Below are positions 60,264 to 64,000 of a stretch of 64,000 nt of DNA, in pieces; position 1 is the first letter of the stretch, and each line of letters starts with the position of its first letter. The stretch is from NCBI GenBank assembly GCA_965223415.1, contig OZ245002.1, positions 3,904,001 through 3,968,000 on the forward strand. Direction: 5' to 3'. The translations under genes were made by a program, and so were the position numbers. The DNA comes from Myxococcota bacterium (GTDB lineage: Bacteria; Myxococcota_A; UBA9160; UBA6930). Below the pieces are notes generated by a model, which saw only the letters and a list, made by a program, of their open reading frames with translations, was not told where the DNA came from and searched no databases.

Positions 60264-62027
60264 TCAGCCGAGCGGCCAGACCCAGGGAATGACGGTGAGC
60301 GCGACGACCGCGCACACCACGTCCAGGGGCAGGCCCGCGCGCACGAAATCGGTGAAGCGGTAGCCGCCGGGCCCGTAGACGATCAGGTGGGTCTGGTAGG
60401 TCACCGGGTTCGCGAAGGCGCAGGCGGCGCCCAGGGCCGTGGCCATCACGAAGCCTCTCGGCTCGGCGCCGACCTGGGCCGCCGCCTGGATCGCGATCGG
60501 GAACATGATGGCGACCGCCGCGTTGTGGTGCAGGAACTCCGAGAGGAGCACGGTGAAGCCGTACACCGCGGCGAGGGTGAGCCACGGATCCATGCTGCCG
60601 GCGCTCCCGACCAGCAAGCTCGCCACCGCGGCGGCAGCGCCGGTCTTGTCCATGGCCAGGGCGATGCCGAGCCCGGCGCCGATCACGACGAGGACGTCCC
60701 ACTTCACGGCCTGGCGCGCCGTCGGGCCGTCGATGCAGCGGGTGCCGATCAAGGCGCCCGCGGCGACGAAGGAGGCGATGGAGATCGGCACGACGCCGAG
60801 GGCGGCGACTGTGACCATCGTGACGAGGATGACCAGGGCCACGCCGGCCTTCTCCGTGCGCGGTGCGACGTGGCCACCGATCTCGCTGACCAGGTAGAAA
60901 TCGGGGCTGCCGCCGTGGGCGCGCATGAAGCCCGGGGCGGTCTGCATCAGCAGGGTGTCGCCGGGGCGCAGGACGATCTCGCCGATCTTGCCGCCGACGC
61001 GCTCGCCATTGCGGTGCACCGCGACCACCGCCGCGTCGAAGGTCGTGCGGAAGTTGACGTCGCGGATGCTCTGGCCGCGCAGGGGCGAGCTGCTCGACAC
61101 CACCGCCTCGACGAGCCGACGCTCCCGGGTGCCCGCCACGTCGTCCGTGTCCGGGACCAGGCCGGGGAAGCGCTGCAGGTCGACGATCGTCGACACCACG
61201 CCGGCGAACACCAGCCGGTCGCCCTCGCGGAGCCGCTCCTGGGGCCCGACCGGCGTGACCGTCTGCCCGTCCCGATCGATCTCGACCAGGAAGAGGCCCG
61301 GAAGCTGGCGCAGGCCCGCCTCCTCCACGGTCTGACCGGCGAGTCGGCTCCCGGCCTCGACCCGCATCGCCGCCGTGTACTCGCGCCAGCGGTCGCCGAG
61401 CTGCTGGGCCAGGTCCTGGCGGGCGGGGATGAGCCGCGGGGCCACGACCACCACGTACGCCAGGCCGACGATGCAGATCGGGAGGCCGACCGGCAGGAAC
61501 TCGAAGAAGCGGAGCGGCGGCATGCCGGCCTGGTCGACGAGGCCCGCCGCGGTGAGGTTCACGCTCGTGCCGATCACCGTCAGCACGCTGCCGAGGATCG
61601 TCGCGTAGGAGAGGGGGATCAGGAAGCGGCTCGGGGAGAGGCCGGTGCGCCGCGACCACTCGATCACCACCGGCGTCATCATGGCCACGATCGGCGCGTT
61701 GTTGAGGAAGCCCGAGAACGCGGCGAGGGGCGGGCACATGCGCACCAGGGCCGAGAGCTCGCTGCGCGCCCGGCCGAAGAGCCGCACCACGGCCCCCTCC
61801 AGGAGCCCCGTCTCGCGCAGGCCCGCGGAGACGATGAAGAGCGCGCCCACCGTAGCCATGGCCGGGTTCGCGAAGCCCGAGAAGGTCTCGCCGGGGGTGA
61901 GGACGCCGGTGATGGCGAGGGTGAACAGGCCCGCCATCACGATCAGGTCGGGCCCGGCCAGCTCCTTGGCCATGGCGGCGACCATCAACACGAGGACGCC
62001 CACGGTCAGCCAGCCGTCGAATCCCAT
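60264..62027 (-). CDS. SLC13 permease with TrkA-C (RCK_C) domains
   Basis: SGFLNNAP, IGTSVNL, two TrkA-C repeats and PVTYQTHLIVYGPGGY. Confidence 0.88.
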   Translation of the reverse strand: MGFDGWLTVGVLVLMVAAMAKELAGPDLIVMAGLFTLAITGVLTPGETFSGFANPAMATVGALFIVSAGLRETGLLEGAVVRLFGRARSELSALVRMCPPLAAFSGFLNNAPIVAMMTPVVIEWSRRTGLSPSRFLIPLSYATILGSVLTVIGTSVNLTAAGLVDQAGMPPLRFFEFLPVGLPICIVGLAYVVVVAPRLIPARQDLAQQLGDRWREYTAAMRVEAGSRLAGQTVEEAGLRQLPGLFLVEIDRDGQTVTPVGPQERLREGDRLVFAGVVSTIVDLQRFPGLVPDTDDVAGTRERRLVEAVVSSSSPLRGQSIRDVNFRTTFDAAVVAVHRNGERVGGKIGEIVLRPGDTLLMQTAPGFMRAHGGSPDFYLVSEIGGHVAPRTEKAGVALVILVTMVTVAALGVVPISIASFVAAGALIGTRCIDGPTARQAVKWDVLVVIGAGLGIALAMDKTGAAAAVASLLVGSAGSMDPWLTLAAVYGFTVLLSEFLHHNAAVAIMFPIAIQAAAQVGAEPRGFVMATALGAACAFANPVTYQTHLIVYGPGGYRFTDFVRAGLPLDVVCAVVALTVIPWVWPLG

Positions 62028-62076
62028 GCGGGGGCGACCATACCGGGATCGGGGCCCATCCGCGACAATGCGCCGG

Positions 62077-63180
62077 ATGCCCTTCGGCCCCGACGCCCCT
62101 CCCCGCGCCTTCTCGGAGCGCGCCTTCTATCAGCGCGAGTTCCGCGCGCGCACCCTCGCGGTCGCGTCGCTTCGGGCCGACGACTTTCGGCATCCGGGCC
62201 TGGCCCAGGGCCTCGATGTCCTGCACGACGGGGGAGGTCGGGCCGTCGTCGTCGGTCCGGACGAGGAGGCCCTTGACGCGCACACCGGCGGCGCCACCTG
62301 GGCGATCGACGACGACGGGCTGGAAGGCGCGCTGTGGCGGGCGCTCGGCAAGGCCTCGCCGGTGGGGGTCGTCGCGCCGGCGCAGGGTTTCGACGCGTCG
62401 CTCCGCGGCCTGGCCGCAGGCCTCCGCTTCTTCAAGGTGGTGCGGCTCGATGCCGGGGGCGGGCTCCGATCGAAGCGCGAGGGCCGGCACTCCTTCGTGC
62501 ACCGGGAGGAGCTCCGGGCGTGGATCGCCGGCGGCGGCGAGGGGTTGGCCCGGGACGATCGGCTGCCGCTGTGGCGGGAGGTGGTCGCGCTCCTCGACGC
62601 CGGGGTGCCGGCGGTCAACGTGTGCGATGCGGCCGGGCTGACCGACGAGCTCTTCACCTACGCGGGCGTCGGCACGCTCTTCACCAGCGAACGCTATGTC
62701 GGCGTGCGAGCCCTCACCATCGACGACTACGCCGCGGCGGCGGACCTGATCGCCCGCGGCATGGAGGAGGGCTACCTGGCGCCGCGCAGCGACGCGGAGA
62801 TCGACCGCATGCTCGGCAGCGGCTTCGGGGCCTTCGTCGAGGGGCGCTACCTGGCCGGGATCGGTGCGCTCCTGCGCTGGGGCGACACCGGCGAGATCAG
62901 CTCGCTCTACACGCTCACCCGCTTCCTGGGCGAGGGCGTGGGGCAGCACCTGGTGGCCCACGCCGTGCAGCGCGCCGCCGAGCTGGGCCTGGGGAGCATC
63001 TTCGCCTGCACCACCTCGGAGCGGGTCGCGAGCTTCTTCACACGACAGGGCTTCGTCGAAGCAGACCCCGCCGAGCTGCCGCCGGAGAAGTGGAGCGGCT
63101 ACGACCCGGCGCGTCGGGCAAAGCTCCGCTGCCTGCGTCGGGAGATCCGCGGCGACGGTGTGGCCGGAGGTGGACTGTAA
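62077..63180 (+). CDS. ArgA-like N-acetyltransferase (reduced kinase-like domain plus GNAT)
   Basis: DELFTYAGVGTLF, EGYLAPRS, RFLGEGVG and FFTRQGF; start 62068 or 62077. Confidence 0.7.
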   Translation: MPFGPDAPPRAFSERAFYQREFRARTLAVASLRADDFRHPGLAQGLDVLHDGGGRAVVVGPDEEALDAHTGGATWAIDDDGLEGALWRALGKASPVGVVAPAQGFDASLRGLAAGLRFFKVVRLDAGGGLRSKREGRHSFVHREELRAWIAGGGEGLARDDRLPLWREVVALLDAGVPAVNVCDAAGLTDELFTYAGVGTLFTSERYVGVRALTIDDYAAAADLIARGMEEGYLAPRSDAEIDRMLGSGFGAFVEGRYLAGIGALLRWGDTGEISSLYTLTRFLGEGVGQHLVAHAVQRAAELGLGSIFACTTSERVASFFTRQGFVEADPAELPPEKWSGYDPARRAKLRCLRREIRGDGVAGGGL

Positions 63181-63598
63181 GCCGGGTTCTGTTCCGGCCC
63201 GCGGTCGCCCGCGAGCCGGCGAGGATCATTCATCTAGGCGACGCATTGCTGCGCCACTCGAGCGCTCTCACCCGGACGTCGGTTCCTTGCGGACGCTCGG
63301 GCGGACCACCCTCGGCGACGTCCCTATTCGAGCTTGCTCCGGGAGGGGCTTGCCCCGCCGCCGGTCACCCGGCAGTCGCGCGTGGGCTCTTACCCCACGA
63401 TTTCACCCTTGCCTGTGCCTCCTCCGGCGGCCCCTCTCAGAGCCTCCGGGATCGCGGGCCATCGGCGGTGTGGTTTCTGTGGCGCTTTCCCTCGGGTCAC
63501 CCCGGGTCGCCGTTAGCGACCTCCCTGCCCTGTGGAGCCCGGACTTTCCTCCCGCGGGCGATGCCCGCCCGCCGGCGATCCTCCGTCCACCTCCGGCC
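63162..63598 (-). ncRNA. rnpB: RNase P RNA (type A)
   Basis: GAGGAAAGTCCGGGC near the 5' end and ACAGAACCCGGCTTA near the 3' end; complementary termini form P1; TAGGCT -10 upstream. Confidence 0.97.
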
Positions 63599-63691
63599 CC
63601 GCAAGCCTAATCCGGAGCGGAGGCCTGGCAAGCGCACGCCAGCCGAGTTCCCTGGGTCCGGGAGCCACCCCGAGGGGACTTGATTCGTCAG

Positions 63692-63712
63692 TCAGTATCC
63701 GATAGATACTGA
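63692..63712. promoter_or_regulatory. Palindrome TCAGTATC-N5-GATACTGA (probable HxlR autoregulatory operator)
   Basis: Perfect 8-bp arms ending 5 nt before the start codon. Confidence 0.7.
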
Positions 63713-63717
63713 TCTCC

Positions 63718-64000
63718 GTGTCCGAACACGTCTCCCCCACCCCGATCCTCCGTCCCGGCGAGATCTTCGATCCGGTGGCGCGGGCCCTCGACTGGATCGG
63801 CGACAAGTGGACCCTGGTGCTGGTCCGCCACCTGCTGCGCGGGCCCCGCGGCTTCCAGGAGCTGCGCCAGCGCACCGGCATCACGCCGCGGGTGCTCTCC
63901 AACCGGCTGCGCCAGCTCACCTCCGCCGGCTTCGTCGAGGCGACGCAGACCGAGGCCGGCCGCCCCGCCTACGCCGCCACCGAGAGCGCCCGGGAGCTCG
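63718..64000 (+). CDS. HxlR-family transcriptional regulator (partial)
   Basis: Not in the ORF track; reads PVARALDWIGDKWTLVLVRHLLRGPRGFQEL...ITPRVLSNRLRQL. Confidence 0.88.
   Translation, partial: MSEHVSPTPILRPGEIFDPVARALDWIGDKWTLVLVRHLLRGPRGFQELRQRTGITPRVLSNRLRQLTSAGFVEATQTEAGRPAYAATESAREL

Overview
A very GC-rich, gene-dense bacterial chromosomal segment. Gene types suggest a Myxococcota-like heterotroph, which is inference only. It holds about 60 CDS. Content includes lipid/aromatic catabolism (Ltp2-like aldolase with DUF35, acyl-CoA ligases, amidohydrolases, SDRs, DUF1214 proteins, a frameshifted sulfotransferase) and a phhA-hppD-hmgA-fahA Phe/Tyr operon. It also holds tkt, metF-purN, thrH, uppP, a sigma-70 factor, an RND pump, three mutagenic-polymerase loci (dnaE2, dinB, imuA-imuB), RNase P RNA and two complete IS elements. 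The most notable signals are non-coding. (1) An IS110 (IS621-like) element at 39397-40638 has a readable bridge RNA whose guides match its own donor junction and, with one extra base, its insertion site. (2) A near-identical 29-bp promoter/operator precedes both halves of a split imuAB/dnaE2 mutasome 23 kb apart. (3) A tandem double TGAA-N16-TTCA operator is shared by two amidohydrolase loci 39 kb apart. (4) A 23-bp tandem repeat builds a chain of stop/start-coupled 8-codon ORFs between metF and purN. (5) Many genes have leaderless-type promoters. (6) A perfect 33-bp-arm palindrome lies between two convergent genes. No rRNA, tRNA or CRISPR array was seen. All calls are from reading motifs by eye; no searches were run.
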